Positions 23,993 through 35,437 of a DNA stretch of 64,000 bases are shown here, one piece after another. A program made the position numbers and the translations under genes. Below the pieces are notes generated by a model that saw nothing but the letters and a program-made list of their open reading frames with translations, searched no databases and was not told the DNA's origin. The stretch lies in NCBI RefSeq assembly GCF_000281045.1, contig NW_008246144.1, forward strand, positions 177,885 to 241,884. The letters are read 5' to 3'. Positions within the stretch are counted from its first letter, which is position 1, and the number at the start of each line of letters is the position of its first letter. The DNA is from Saprolegnia diclina VS20 (lineage: Eukaryota).

Positions 23993-25637
23993 TTAGGCTC
24001 GGTCGGGCAGCGTGGTCGCGTCGTCGACGTCGAGCCAGCGGTCGGCCTCGTCGGTCTCGATCGGTGGCAGCATGATTGTTGGTCGCGGGTGCTTGGCCTG
24101 CTCGACGATCGCCTCGCACAAGAGCAGTACGATGTCTTGGTGGTCTTCCTCGATCGCGGCTGCGAGCGGTCCGTTCTACTCGAGGCGTTTGAGCGCTCAT
24201 CAGCCCATAGCCGCTGTGCGCACCTGCGATCGATCTATGTACGCGCCGGCAGCGAGAAGCATGCGCACGACCCGCACGTGACCAGAGGTCACAGCTGCAC
24301 GGAGCACCGACTGGCCCGTCTGCGAGATCAAGACGCATTGGTGGAGAGGCACTGGCGATGAGAGATGTACCGAGGTGCATCTGTAGATGTCGGCGCCGGC
24401 TTCCAGGAGGTGCTGCACCACGATCGTGTTCCCGTTCTTGGCAGCCATGAACAACGGCGACCGTCCATCCTACCATTTCGAGTCGAGTAGCCGTAGAGAT
24501 GTGAGAAGCAGAATTAACCTCGTCGCAGCGGTGCACGTCAGCATTGGCCGCGAGAAGTAGGTCGACCATCGCTACGTGGCCACGCTGCGCGGCTCGAAAC
24601 AGCGGTGTCTCCCGTTCCTGAGGTGATGTTGAGTTGGGCGACGTCCATGCTTCACAAAGCCACAGCAATCGATACCTTGTCGACGCTGTTGACGTTAGCG
24701 CCAGCTCGAAGCAGTAGGGACGCGATCTCAAAACGGTTGTTTTGGGCGGCTGCGTGCAACGCGGTGCCCGCCGTCTAGATAGTCCTTAAACCGAAGGAGG
24801 CACAATTTCGAGTTCTACCTCGCCTTGCGAATTGACTTTGGCGCCGGCCTCGAGCAGCATCGTGACAATCTCAAGGGTGCTCACGTCGGCAGCAAGATGC
24901 AACAGCGACGATCCCTAGATATGTTACAATTCTCACAGCTTTGTCGCGGGCTAGGCTCTGCACGTACGTCCGAGTTGACACAGGCCCCGGCATCTAGCAA
25001 AAGCCGTACGAGCGGAGACTTGAGGTAGATGGCCATAGCAATGGGCGGGGCTCCATTTTCCTGCTCACATATTGCGTAAAGCAGCATAATTACGGTTGGT
25101 ACCTTGTGATAGGCGTTGACGTCGGCTTCGGCGTCGAGAAGTCTTTGAATAATAGTGACGTTTTCCGTGCTGACAGCGTAGACCAGCGCACTCTTGCCGT
25201 CCTACACACCAGTGAGAGCGCCCAATATAGTCAAAGATGGGAATACGATTATAAAATCGACGTCGGCACCAGCAGCAATGAGCTTGGCCACGACCTCGTC
25301 GCGCTCCTTCTGGATGGCGCAAATGAGTGGTGACACAAAACCCTAGTTGAGGTGAGAGTCAACACAGTGGAAGGCCCTCGTACTTCGCCACTGAAGTCGA
25401 CTTTGGCGCCCGCTGCAAGAAGCGCGTCGATGACGTCGACATGGTTCTTCTCGACCGACGCGAACAAGGCTGATTGACCCTAACCTCGTCGAAGCTTACG
25501 AAATGCTACGAGAAGCACTCGAGCACCTCGCTGTCGACGCTGTTAACGTCGACGCCTTGGGCCAAGAGCGCTTGGACGTGCTCGAGATTGCCGCGCAACG
25601 CAGCAAGCGGCAACGAACAGCTCTCGGTTTGCCCCAT
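23993..25637 (-). CDS. ankyrin-repeat protein, multi-exon; paralog 1 of 3
   Basis: MGQTES..LPLAALRGNLEHVQALLAQGVDVN, then repeats such as ETPLFRAAQRGHVAMVDLLLAANADV separated by short introns; stop at 23993. Exon boundaries not all verified. Confidence 0.8.
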
Positions 25638-26179
25638 GTGGTTCGCGCGGCGGAGCAAATTGCCAAGTAAGGTGGTGGTACGATGTTTTTGATTTGCAAA
25701 ATGCACCCACCCCAGAATGAATGTCACTCTCTGCCGAATTCTGTTTTGGTGATGAGTTGCTGCGTGAGACCTGCCCGAGATTTTTCAACACACCCCCGTG
25801 ACTCCATTTTGTTTTGGACCCACCCGGTCCAGCCTATTTATTGTTTTTGCCCACCCGGACCCGACCCATTGCATGAAGGTCGCACTGGTACAGGTGTGCA
25901 CGATAGTCTTGCAGTGCTAACAGAGGCTCAAGCAGTCGCTTGCGGCCGCGGGAAAGGCTCATGACGCACGCTCTGTAAAGGCTTTTCGATCGGTGGCAAA
26001 GCAGATTGTTTGGGTGATCTGGACACGCCAGCACCACAATGCTATGCTTATAAACTTGACGCAGCACACCTCCTTATGCTTACGAGCCAATGAAGACGGA
26101 TGACTGCGATGTTGTCAACACCAGTAGCTGGACGAGGGCGGTTTCAAAATACACTTCGAGTAATCAAATGCTGCAAAGT

Positions 26180-27802
26180 TCAATGCTGCGCTGCGTCGTC
26201 GACGTGGAGCCAGCGATCATTCTCATCGCTCTCGATCGGCGGCAGTTCAACGGTCGGTCGTGGTAGCTTGGCTCGCTCGACGATTGTCTCACACAAGAGC
26301 AGCACAATGTCTTGGTGGTCTTCCTCGATGGCTGCCGCGAGCGGTCCAGCCTAAGCAACAACTTTAAGCTTGGCGCTGGTCCCCAGGACCCGTACCTGCG
26401 ACCGATCAATGTACGCGCCGGCGGCGAGAAGCATGCGCGCGATCCGCGTGTGGCCCGCGCTTACAGCTGCATGCAGCGCCGACTGGCCAAACTAGGTCGA
26501 GTCGACACGCTGGAAATGTTACCCTTCAACAGAGAGAGCTGTACCATGGCACATTTGTGAAGATCCGCGCCGGCTTGGAGGAGGTGCTGCACCACGATTG
26601 CGTGGCCGGTCTCGGCGGCAACAAACAGCGACGACTGCCCATCCTACCGATAGGAGTTGAAGCAACCGCTGAGATCTTAGAGATCGTACATCATTGCAGC
26701 GGTGCACGTCGGCATTGGCCGCGAGAAGTAAGTCGACCATCGCCACGTGGCCGCGCTGTGCGGCTCGAAACAGCGGTGTCTCCCGCTCCTGAGGGGGTAA
26801 TCTTCAGTAAATAGCCCAGTAATGCGAGTGTACCTTGTCGACGCTGTTGACGTTGGCGCCCGCGTGAAGCAGAAGTGATGCAATTTCAACATCGTTGGTT
26901 TGTGCGGCTTGGTGCAGCGCTGTGCCCGCCATCTACATAGTCGTTCGAGGCGGAACGACCGGGATTCCCAGGCGCACCTCCGCATGCACGTTGACTTTGG
27001 CGCCGGTCTCAAGCAGCATCGTGACAATCTCGAGGGAGCCCAAGCCCGCAGCTTGAATCAGCGGCGTAGAGCCCTAGACATGCATGAACCCTGAAGGCTT
27101 GTTGTGCTCAACAGTGTACGTCCGAGTCTGACACGACGTTGGCATCGGCACCAGCGCTTAGCAAGAGCCGCAGCAGCGTTGGGGACTTGCGGTGAATGGC
27201 CATAGCAATCGGCGGGACACCGTACTTCTACGCGAAGTAGTAAAATGGCATGAATAGCAGGATAGGACGGTACCCCATGAAAAGCGTCGACATCGGCCTT
27301 GGCATCCAACAAACGTTGCACGAGGTTGATGTTTTCGGAGCTGACAGCGATCGTCAGCGCGCTCTTCCCGCCCTACTCGTCGTTCAGAGCTCCAGCGGAA
27401 TCGTTCAAGCGCTATACACTAGTGACATCAACGCTGGCGCCAGCAGCGAGGAGCGTTTTCACAACGTCTTCGTTCTCGTCTTGGATAGCCAGGACCAGCG
27501 GCGCCGCGACGACCTGAGACCATTGACGTCAACTGCATTCACTATGGCTCGAACCTCGTTGGGGCTGTCCACATCGGCGCCAGCAGCGATGAGCGCGTCG
27601 ATCATGGCGGCGTGGTTCCTTTGGACTGCGTACGACAAGGCGCGTCGGCCCTAGCACGCCGGCGTCACGCACTGCGACTGGATAGCTCGAGCACCTCGTG
27701 GCGGCCGTTGACGTCGACGCCTTGGTCCAAGAGCGCTTGGACTTGCTCGAGGCTGCCGCTCAGCGCAGCAAGCGGCAATGGGCTGCTCTCGGCTTGCCCC
27801 AT
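26180..27802 (-). CDS. ankyrin-repeat protein, multi-exon; paralog 2
   Basis: MGQAESSPLPLAAL..; same exon pattern and same C-terminal tail as paralog 1. Confidence 0.8.
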
Positions 27803-28188
27803 CGTTCCGGTTCAAAGATGAAAATTGTTTGCTGCGGTATCCGGATACCAAATATTTGGTACCCACCCCCCAAAAAAGTCCACCTCGCTATGCACAATCG
27901 AACGGCAAACTCGACACTCGTTTCGTACCCACCCCAGAATGAACGTCCCTGTGAGCCAGATAGTCAGCGTTTTCAAAAGATATCTGCTGAATCGCCCGCC
28001 GCTGCTCTCGTAGATTTAGTAACCTAATCATACCGGTTTAACAAAAGGGCGGGATCCACTCATGAGGCGTGAGGGGTCCCCGAATGGTGCACCCAAGATT
28101 GAGGTCCTACTGGGTACTACCAACCTCGAATGGGTTATCTCATCCATTGCACACGAGCCGAGAGAGCGGCTTACGCTACGCCTCGCTG

Positions 28189-29880
28189 CTATGCCTCGTC
28201 CTCGCCATCGACTGCATGGCATCGGTCGTTCTCATCGCTCTCCATCGGCGGCAGCACAATCGTCGGGCGCGGCTGCTTGGCACGCGCGACAATGGCCTCG
28301 CACAGCAGCAGCACAACGTTGTGGTTGCCCTTCTCAATCGCCAGCGCGAGAGGTCCATTCTACAACAAAAAACTCCATTTTTGCTTCAATGCCAGACGGA
28401 ACACGCACCTTGGATCGATCGACGTAAGCACCTGCAGTCAAGAGCATCTGCACGATCCGCACGTGGCCCCCACTCGCAGCGGCATGCAAGGGGGACGTCC
28501 CCACCTACGTAGCGCGCATTGAACGCAAGACACGTGGCAGAGAGGTAGCTACCGAGGAGCACTTGTGAATATCGGCGCCTGCTTGTAGCAGTCGCTCGAC
28601 CACATTTGCGTGGCCCTTCTCAGCCGCCGCACACAGCGCCGATTGACCATTCTACGCCCAAATATGTCAAGCACAGTAGCCCCAACGACCCACCTCGTCG
28701 CATCGGTCGGGGTCTGCGCTGGCATCGAGCAGCAACTCGAGTGTCTCCAAGTGGCCGTCCTCGGCTGCGTGAAACAGCGCTGTGCGGCGAGTCTACGCTG
28801 CATCAGTACAGCTGCAGGCGATCCAGAGTGGGTACGTCGTCAAAGTCGTCGACGCGGGCACTGGCTTCGAGAAGCAATTTCACAATCTCCACGTTCTTGG
28901 TCATTGCCGTCTGCACCAGCGAGTTGCCTCCCGCCTACTCTCATCGTGATGCGACGTCCGTCAAAGTGGCGTACGTCGGTGCGGGCGTTCACGTTGGCCC
29001 CGGCAGCGAGCAGCATCTGGACGAGCTCGGTCATTCCGAGGCCCGCTGCGGACATGAGCGCGGTGGCGCCCTAGTAAGCAGCCCACATATATCCTGCGAT
29101 GCACCATCATCTTTGCGCTTACATTGAAAATGGGTACGTCGACCTCTGCGCCCGCATCCAGGAGGAGCTGAAGCAGCGCCGGCGACTTGTGATAAATGGC
29201 CATCGAAATCGGCGGAGGGCTCTCCTACAGCCATAGTCTATGCCACGCATTCAACAGTGTCTTCGCCGCACCACCCGAAACGAGTTGAGGTCGGCCTTGG
29301 CGTCAATGAGCAGTTGGATCATCGGGATATATTCTGCGCCGACCGCCAGCGTCAGCGCCGACCGATTGTCCTGCACGTTTGGAGCATCAAGCGACATCGA
29401 GTAAAGTCGCGTACCCAGATAATGTCGACGGTGGCGCCCGCCGCCAGAAGCTTCTTGGCAGCGCCTAATCGCTTCAATTTGATGGCGATCGCGAGCGGCG
29501 GTGCCATGTTCTACGGTTGGCATAAGGCAATATGGCGACAGTTGGCGGTGCGTACGGGGCCACCGAAGTTCAAGTCGGCGCCGGCCGCGATGAGCGCGTC
29601 GACGACGTCCAAGTGGTTGTTTGTGACGGCGTTGAACAGGGCAGACCTACTCTACGCGCATGCTACGAGTTGGTCCGCCTGGAGATGGTGCTGCGTCATA
29701 CGTTGCTGACGCTGTCGACGTTGATGCCTTGAGCCAAAAGCGCCTGGACCTCGTCGACGTTGCCCATAAGCGCAGCGAGAGGCAGCGGACTCTCTTCTTC
29801 CTTAAGCTACACAAGTGCGTGAGGCTACATCATCGACAAGCAGAACGCATCACGAGGCCGAGAAGCTCCCAGATGCCCAT
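28189..29880 (-). CDS. ankyrin-repeat protein, multi-exon; paralog 3
   Basis: Short first exon MGIWELLGL, then ESPLPLAALMGNVDEVQALLAQGINV; shared C-terminal tail VVLLLCEAIV..KQPRPTIVLPP. Confidence 0.78.
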
Positions 29881-30096
29881 GGCTGCGCGTTTTGAAAAAT
29901 GAGTTGACGCATTTTGACGGTACCCCATAAAAACATATTTTGGACCCCCTACGTGGGGTGGCAAACTCCAACCCGACAACTAGACACTCGTAGGCTGTCC
30001 ACACTATTCCAACCCAGCTCTAGTGTACTATTGTACTAGTACTTTTACAAGCGACTAACCAAGTTCAGAGTATTAACAATAACTTTACTAGACATC

Positions 30097-30831
30097 TCAA
30101 GTTGCCGATATGTGCGTTGTGGAGGCTTGTAGCGCGTTAATGATCGGGCCATGGAGACCCTCCGTGCACGGCTGACGGCACACGGCACACGTGGTGGTGT
30201 ACTGGAGCCACTCGAGCGCGCAGTGCTGGTGGAAGCTGTGGCCGCACGAGAGCGTCACGACAGAGCACGCACCCATGGCCCCGAGGCATATCGCGCACTC
30301 GTCGCTCTCAATCACAGTGCTTGACGCGACCAGCGCGCTGTCGCTGGGCTTGAAAAAGCTGCTCAGGAGGCCGCGGAGGTCGTTGAAGGCCGGGCGATCC
30401 GCCGCTTTGAGGCAGCGCTGCACAAGGTACATCAGCTCCACGAGGCGCGTGAGCGCCACCTTGCGCGCGTACACAGTGTAGTGGTCGTCAAAGCCCAGCG
30501 TGCGCGCGGGAAAGTCCATTTGGCCGCAGAACGCTGCGAGCTGGTAGGCCGCGTCGTCACAAAGGTCGTGTCGGTGCGTCTTCGCCCACGCCACGACGGC
30601 CTTGTACAGCGATCGGCACTCTGAGTAGCGCGTCTGGACGATGGACCACGCGTTCGTGTCGAGGACCACAAAGGTGTAGCGCATGAGCCGCGGCTGCGAT
30701 GCGTCGGGCGTCACGGTCGTGTAGATGGTGACGGCGGCGGTGTCGAGTCTCGAGTCGACGGTCGCAAAGGTGCGCTTTGCCCAGTGCTCAAAAGTGGGAA
30801 CCCACTTGAAGGTCGAGGAGGGCTGCTGCAT
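30097..30831 (-). CDS. RING-H2 protein with N-terminal PX-like region (putative E3 ligase)
   Basis: CAIC..CGHSFHQHC..W..CAVCR; N-terminal W.IVQTRYSECRSLY..FPARTL..RKVAL pattern is PX-like. INR-like GCATTTTCCGATT lies upstream of ATG 30831. Confidence 0.8.
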   Translation of the reverse strand: MQQPSSTFKWVPTFEHWAKRTFATVDSRLDTAAVTIYTTVTPDASQPRLMRYTFVVLDTNAWSIVQTRYSECRSLYKAVVAWAKTHRHDLCDDAAYQLAAFCGQMDFPARTLGFDDHYTVYARKVALTRLVELMYLVQRCLKAADRPAFNDLRGLLSSFFKPSDSALVASSTVIESDECAICLGAMGACSVVTLSCGHSFHQHCALEWLQYTTTCAVCRQPCTEGLHGPIINALQASTTHISAT

Positions 30832-31337
30832 ATTTGGACAATCGGAAAATGCGAGCTCTCCAAGTCTTGCAGTGGCAAGTAAAATGATCGCGTAACCTAC
30901 TGGATTCGCTGGCGACCACCCCAACACATGGTGCCGAACGTGACAACCCAGCTCACAAATCTACACCAGATTAAGATTAGGGTTGCCAAAATGACGCATA
31001 ATCCCACGGCCATGCGACTACCGGTATGTCACAAAAGTGTGTGCGGTACTATAGTCTTCAGATCATACATTAATCTTGAACATGCATTCCAGTCGAGTGC
31101 CCCAAGAACCCCAACCGTTTGCACCCAAGTTGAGTTCAGTCTTCCGTAGTAGCCAAGTCCAGTGTCCGACAATTATTCGGCGTCCCGGGTACCGGTACTG
31201 TAGAGGTTGAAAACGAAAGCCAAGAGAGGAGCTTCAACCGCCGACTCGTCGCAACCCCTGCCTGCTCCAACGCCGGAATAAACGGGTGGTGACCCACCAA
31301 CACTCTCTTGACTGACATACATCCCTCGAAAGGTGGC

Positions 31338-34300
31338 TTACCGCAGCCATAATCGCGGGTGCTCCTTTTGTTTCTCTTTCAGGACCGATTGGATGTCGTC
31401 GTTGCGCTCCCAGCGTGACCGTAGCTTGGCCTTGTCGAGCTGCAGCGCTAGCGGCGCTGGCGGCGCTGGCTTGGGCCGCGTCGCCCGCACCCGGGGCTTT
31501 GGTCGCTTGGGCTTTGCATCCGTTGTCACCGTGCACGCGGTTAGGAATGTCCACTTGCTCGTCGTCTCCATCAGGTTGTTGTCGTCGTCGTCACAGGGCG
31601 TTCGGTGGTTTAGCTCGTGCAAGACGGTGCGCGTCATGTCTCGGAGTTCGCGGGGCGTCATGGGCGGCGGCAGTCGCGGCGTAGCTTTCTTGACAAAGAT
31701 GTTCCGTCGCGGGCACGCCGACTGCGGTCTCGGCTGCAGTGGCGCTGGCGGCTTTGCGGTTGGCCGCTTCGTCGGCGATTTCGGAGCCGCTCGTTTCGGC
31801 GGCGCAGTCGCCGGCCGTCCTTTTTTCGTAATTTTCTTCTTTTTCAAAAAGACGGGTTTGGTGGCCCGGGGTAAGCGCTGGGGTACGGACAGGGTCGGTG
31901 GTGGCGCCAGGCGAGCCGAGTGCGGCCGCACGCGGGCCATCCGGTCATGGAACGACGCGACACTTTGTCGTGTCCGCGCCAGCTCGACCTGCCGCGGCGT
32001 TGGTTGGTACGGGCGCGCGCTCTGCGGTCGCGACGGAATCTGGTGCGACACAATGTGCTGCAGCGTCGCCAAGACATTCGTCTTGGTCGACTCTTCGAGG
32101 TGCTGGGCCAAGACGGTCTTGCGCCCCGGCACCTTGCGCTTGGTGAGAACGGTCGTGTGGCTCCAGCCGCACTGCACCTGGACCGCGGCGAGGCCCGAGA
32201 AGGCAGTCAGCAGCACCGGTGCCGGTTGCACGTCGAGTGCGTCGGGCAGCCCAAGCCCGCCGTTGACGTCGTACCCCCAGGTATAGACATCGCCCGACGT
32301 GGTCACGGCCGCCGAGTGGAATTGCCCCAAGCTCACCTACGGACACGTGAGGGGCAGAAAAAAGAGGGAGGTTGCACATCGAGGACGCGGGTCGACGACG
32401 GAAACGTCACGAGCGTCGGCGCGCTTCGGGCGCGGGTGTCCCCGAGGCCGAGCTGGCCAAAGTCGTTGGCGCCCCACGTGTACAGCTCGTCCGTGGCGGT
32501 GACGATGCACGTATGTCGCCCGCCGCACCGCACAATCTATCGTGCCCCTTCGACCCCATTGTATCAATCTGTCAAGTCGCACCTTGGGCACCACATCCAG
32601 TGTCTTGAGCGCATGGACAATCGCAGGCGTATCCCGGGTTGTGGTCGAGTTGGTGCCGAGGCGACCGTCGACGCCGCACCCCCACGTGTACAGCTCGCCT
32701 GGATTCGCACTCAGTTCTTATGGTCAAAGATACACCTACTACCTTGGGTGGTGATGCATGCGCTGTGGTGGTACCCGGCGGCCACTTGGTGCACCGAGTG
32801 CATCGTCAGCGTCGAAATGACGCTTGGTGTGCAGCTGCGCCAGCCCGACTCGGTGCGGCAGTTGCGGTGCCCGAGCCCGAGCTGCCCAGCTTTGTTATGT
32901 CCAAACGCCAAGACTTGCTGGAGGTCGGTGATCACAAGCGTGTGCTGCCCACCGCACGCGACCGACTTGACGACCACTTTGCTCGCGTCGTCGCCCGCTT
33001 TTGTAAGGAGACCTGTAAAGTCGACGCGGCGCGGTGTCAGAATGTCCAAGTAGGACGAGTGCCCGAGCTGCCCAAACCGACCGCTGCCCCACGTGAAGAG
33101 CAAGCCGGCACGCGTGATGACCGCCACATGGTGCTGCCCGCAACTTAGCGACGCGATGGCGGGCTTTTCGTGGGCCGAGAAAAAGGTAGAGGCCAGTAGG
33201 AGCTGCGGCGCAGTCGTTGAGCCACAGTTCGTGTGGTCGCCCAGCGTCGCCTGCCCGTACGTGTAGGCGAGGCACGACTGTGACGAGACAACAACGGTGA
33301 AAGTGTCGCCCGCCCCAATACTGCTGAAGTAAATGTCGTGGTCTTCGAGGAGCCCATCGACGGCCGGCTGCGACGCCTCCTGGTTCTCGGTGCGTCCAGC
33401 GCTCTCGTTGGCAGCATGTGCAAATCCCGATACGAGGTGCGGGCCGCGACGCGCTCCCGAAGGCGGTAGCAGCGCGGCGTCGCCCCCAAACGTCCAGACG
33501 TACGAGGCTTCGTTGCCGAAGACGGCGACCTGCACGCTGGGCACGAACGCCTGGTCGAAGCGTTCATCCTGCGAATAGACGCGATGAACGACTGCAATTG
33601 CATCGCGCGTCACGTCCACCGCATACACGCCGACCGCTACGGGGATAATGACAAGTTGTACATAGTCGACTCATAGAATGTCGCACCTTGGGGAATGTGG
33701 TACGTTTTGGGGGTGAAGCAGATGCGGGATGTGGTGATGCGAACCGCGCGGGACCGGTCCGACTGCACCATGATGTGAACGACGACGGGTGACACGCACG
33801 CCGTGGTGAGCACGAGGGTGTAGAAGCCCATGGAGCCACCGTAGATGGCCTCCACCTGCAGCTTGGAGACGTGGACAAGCGACGAGCCGCCAAACGCCTG
33901 CGGGTGGTCGGGGTACGTTGGCCCGGCTAGCCCGAGCGCGGAAAAATCAGGCAAGATGCAAACAGCATTGCGCTTCTGGACCGGTGCCTCGTCGTTGTTG
34001 CTGAGCTCTTCGGGGGGCGGCTGGCAGTGGAACGAGGCTTGGATGTTGGCCGAAGCTTGTAAGAGCCGCGAACTCAGGCGGCCCCGCGGCGACGGCTCCG
34101 TCATGAAGCGCGAAACGACCTGCCGCCAAAAATACACCGCGTCGCGGCTCGCAAGAAGGAAGGCTATGAAGTGCAGATACCGGTATTAATATATCGCTCG
34201 GGTCGCGTCAAGACTGCCGTCAACCATGCACAGAGCGCTGTTGGAGTCATCGCTGGCTCGTTTTGAAATGCAATCAACTAAGCTCCTTATAGCATCACTC

Positions 34301-34377
34301 GTTCCTGTATTAGGTACAATATTCGAGTCATCAGCAAACCCCCGGTACGCAAGGAAAGACTCCCATGTTCCCGCCAT
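31338..34377 (-). CDS. RCC1-repeat protein with basic low-complexity C-terminus (5' exons uncertain)
   Basis: Repeats such as CGQHH..LFTWGSGRFGQLGH, CGGQHT..FGHNKAGQLGLG, TWGANDFGQLGLG; several short introns. The start could lie anywhere from about 34137 to 34377. Confidence 0.8.
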
Positions 34378-34428
34378 TCTTCTCGGCCAACGTCAATGCA
34401 CGTCGAACACACTATTTAGGTGATCATC

Positions 34429-34552
34429 CTATTTCCGTGTATGCGGCGCTTGCCACCTTGCATCACGACTGGCATTTTGCCGAATTTATCAAATTCATAC
34501 TATTTTCGTTCGATAAGACTATCTCCGTATACGTGGCGTATGCCACCTTGCA
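34429..34552. repeat. imperfect 34-bp direct repeat (period 90) in a divergent promoter
   Basis: CTATTTCCGTGTATGCGGCGCTTGCCACCTTGCA (34429) vs CTATCTCCGTATACGTGGCGTATGCCACCTTGCA (34519): 28/34 identical. Confidence 0.8.
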
Positions 34553-34576
34553 CTTGCGAGCGCAATCCGTTGGACG

Positions 34577-35343
34577 ATGGCGGCAACCGACGTGGCGTTC
34601 TACCTCGTCGTCTCCAACATCGCGGGGCGCAGAAACCTCGGGACGTATCTCCGCACGGCGACGGCCTTTGGCGTCCGGCAGCTCATCGTCGGTACGCTCG
34701 CCGCCTCCTAATCTTCGCCTCAGCGTGCTTCTAGTCGGCTGCGACCGCTACGGCACGCATGGCGCCCACAACGCCCACAAGTACGTCGACGTCGTGCTCA
34801 TGCACACGTTTGCCGACGCTGCGGCGTACCTTGCGTCGTTGCACTGCACGTCGGTGCTCGGTCTCCAGCCGCCCGCGCACGAGGTGCCCTCGACCTGTAC
34901 GCCGCCGAATTTTGCATCAACGGACAAGCTCATACACGAGGCTATTAGGCATTGACGACGCGGTCTTCGACGGCCCGACGGCGTTTGTCTTGGGCAACGA
35001 AGGTGGCGGCCTCTCGGAGGACCAGCGTGCAATCTGCACCGGCTTCCTCCGCGTCGACCACTACCCGACGCAGGCGCCGACCGTGCCGTTCAGCATCGAC
35101 CTCACGGTGCAGCTAGCGATCGTCCTGCAGACGTTCACGAGCAGCACCAACGTGTACGTCGAGCGCGCGATCCAGGACACGACGACGCGCGGCAAGTTTG
35201 AGCTCAGCGAGCGCGTTCCGACGGCCGCGCAGACGCCGGCGCAAAAGCAACAGGTCGTCGACGCGCGCCTCGCCAAGAAGGCGCAGGTCGAGAGCGTCAT
35301 GGACGACGCGCTCTCCTTTGACGTGATGCTCGACGACTACTAA
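34577..35343 (+). CDS. SpoU/TrmH-family (SPOUT) RNA methyltransferase
   Basis: LVVSNIAGRRNLGTYLRTATAFG (motif 1) and AFVLGNEGGGLS (motif 2); two short introns. Confidence 0.85.
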
Positions 35344-35437
35344 GAATTATGCGACGAGCCCCTTCTGCATCGCATCTGTCAATGTCCGAGGATTTATGCA
35401 TCAATTTTGACATTGTAGAATAAATAATACGTGGCAC

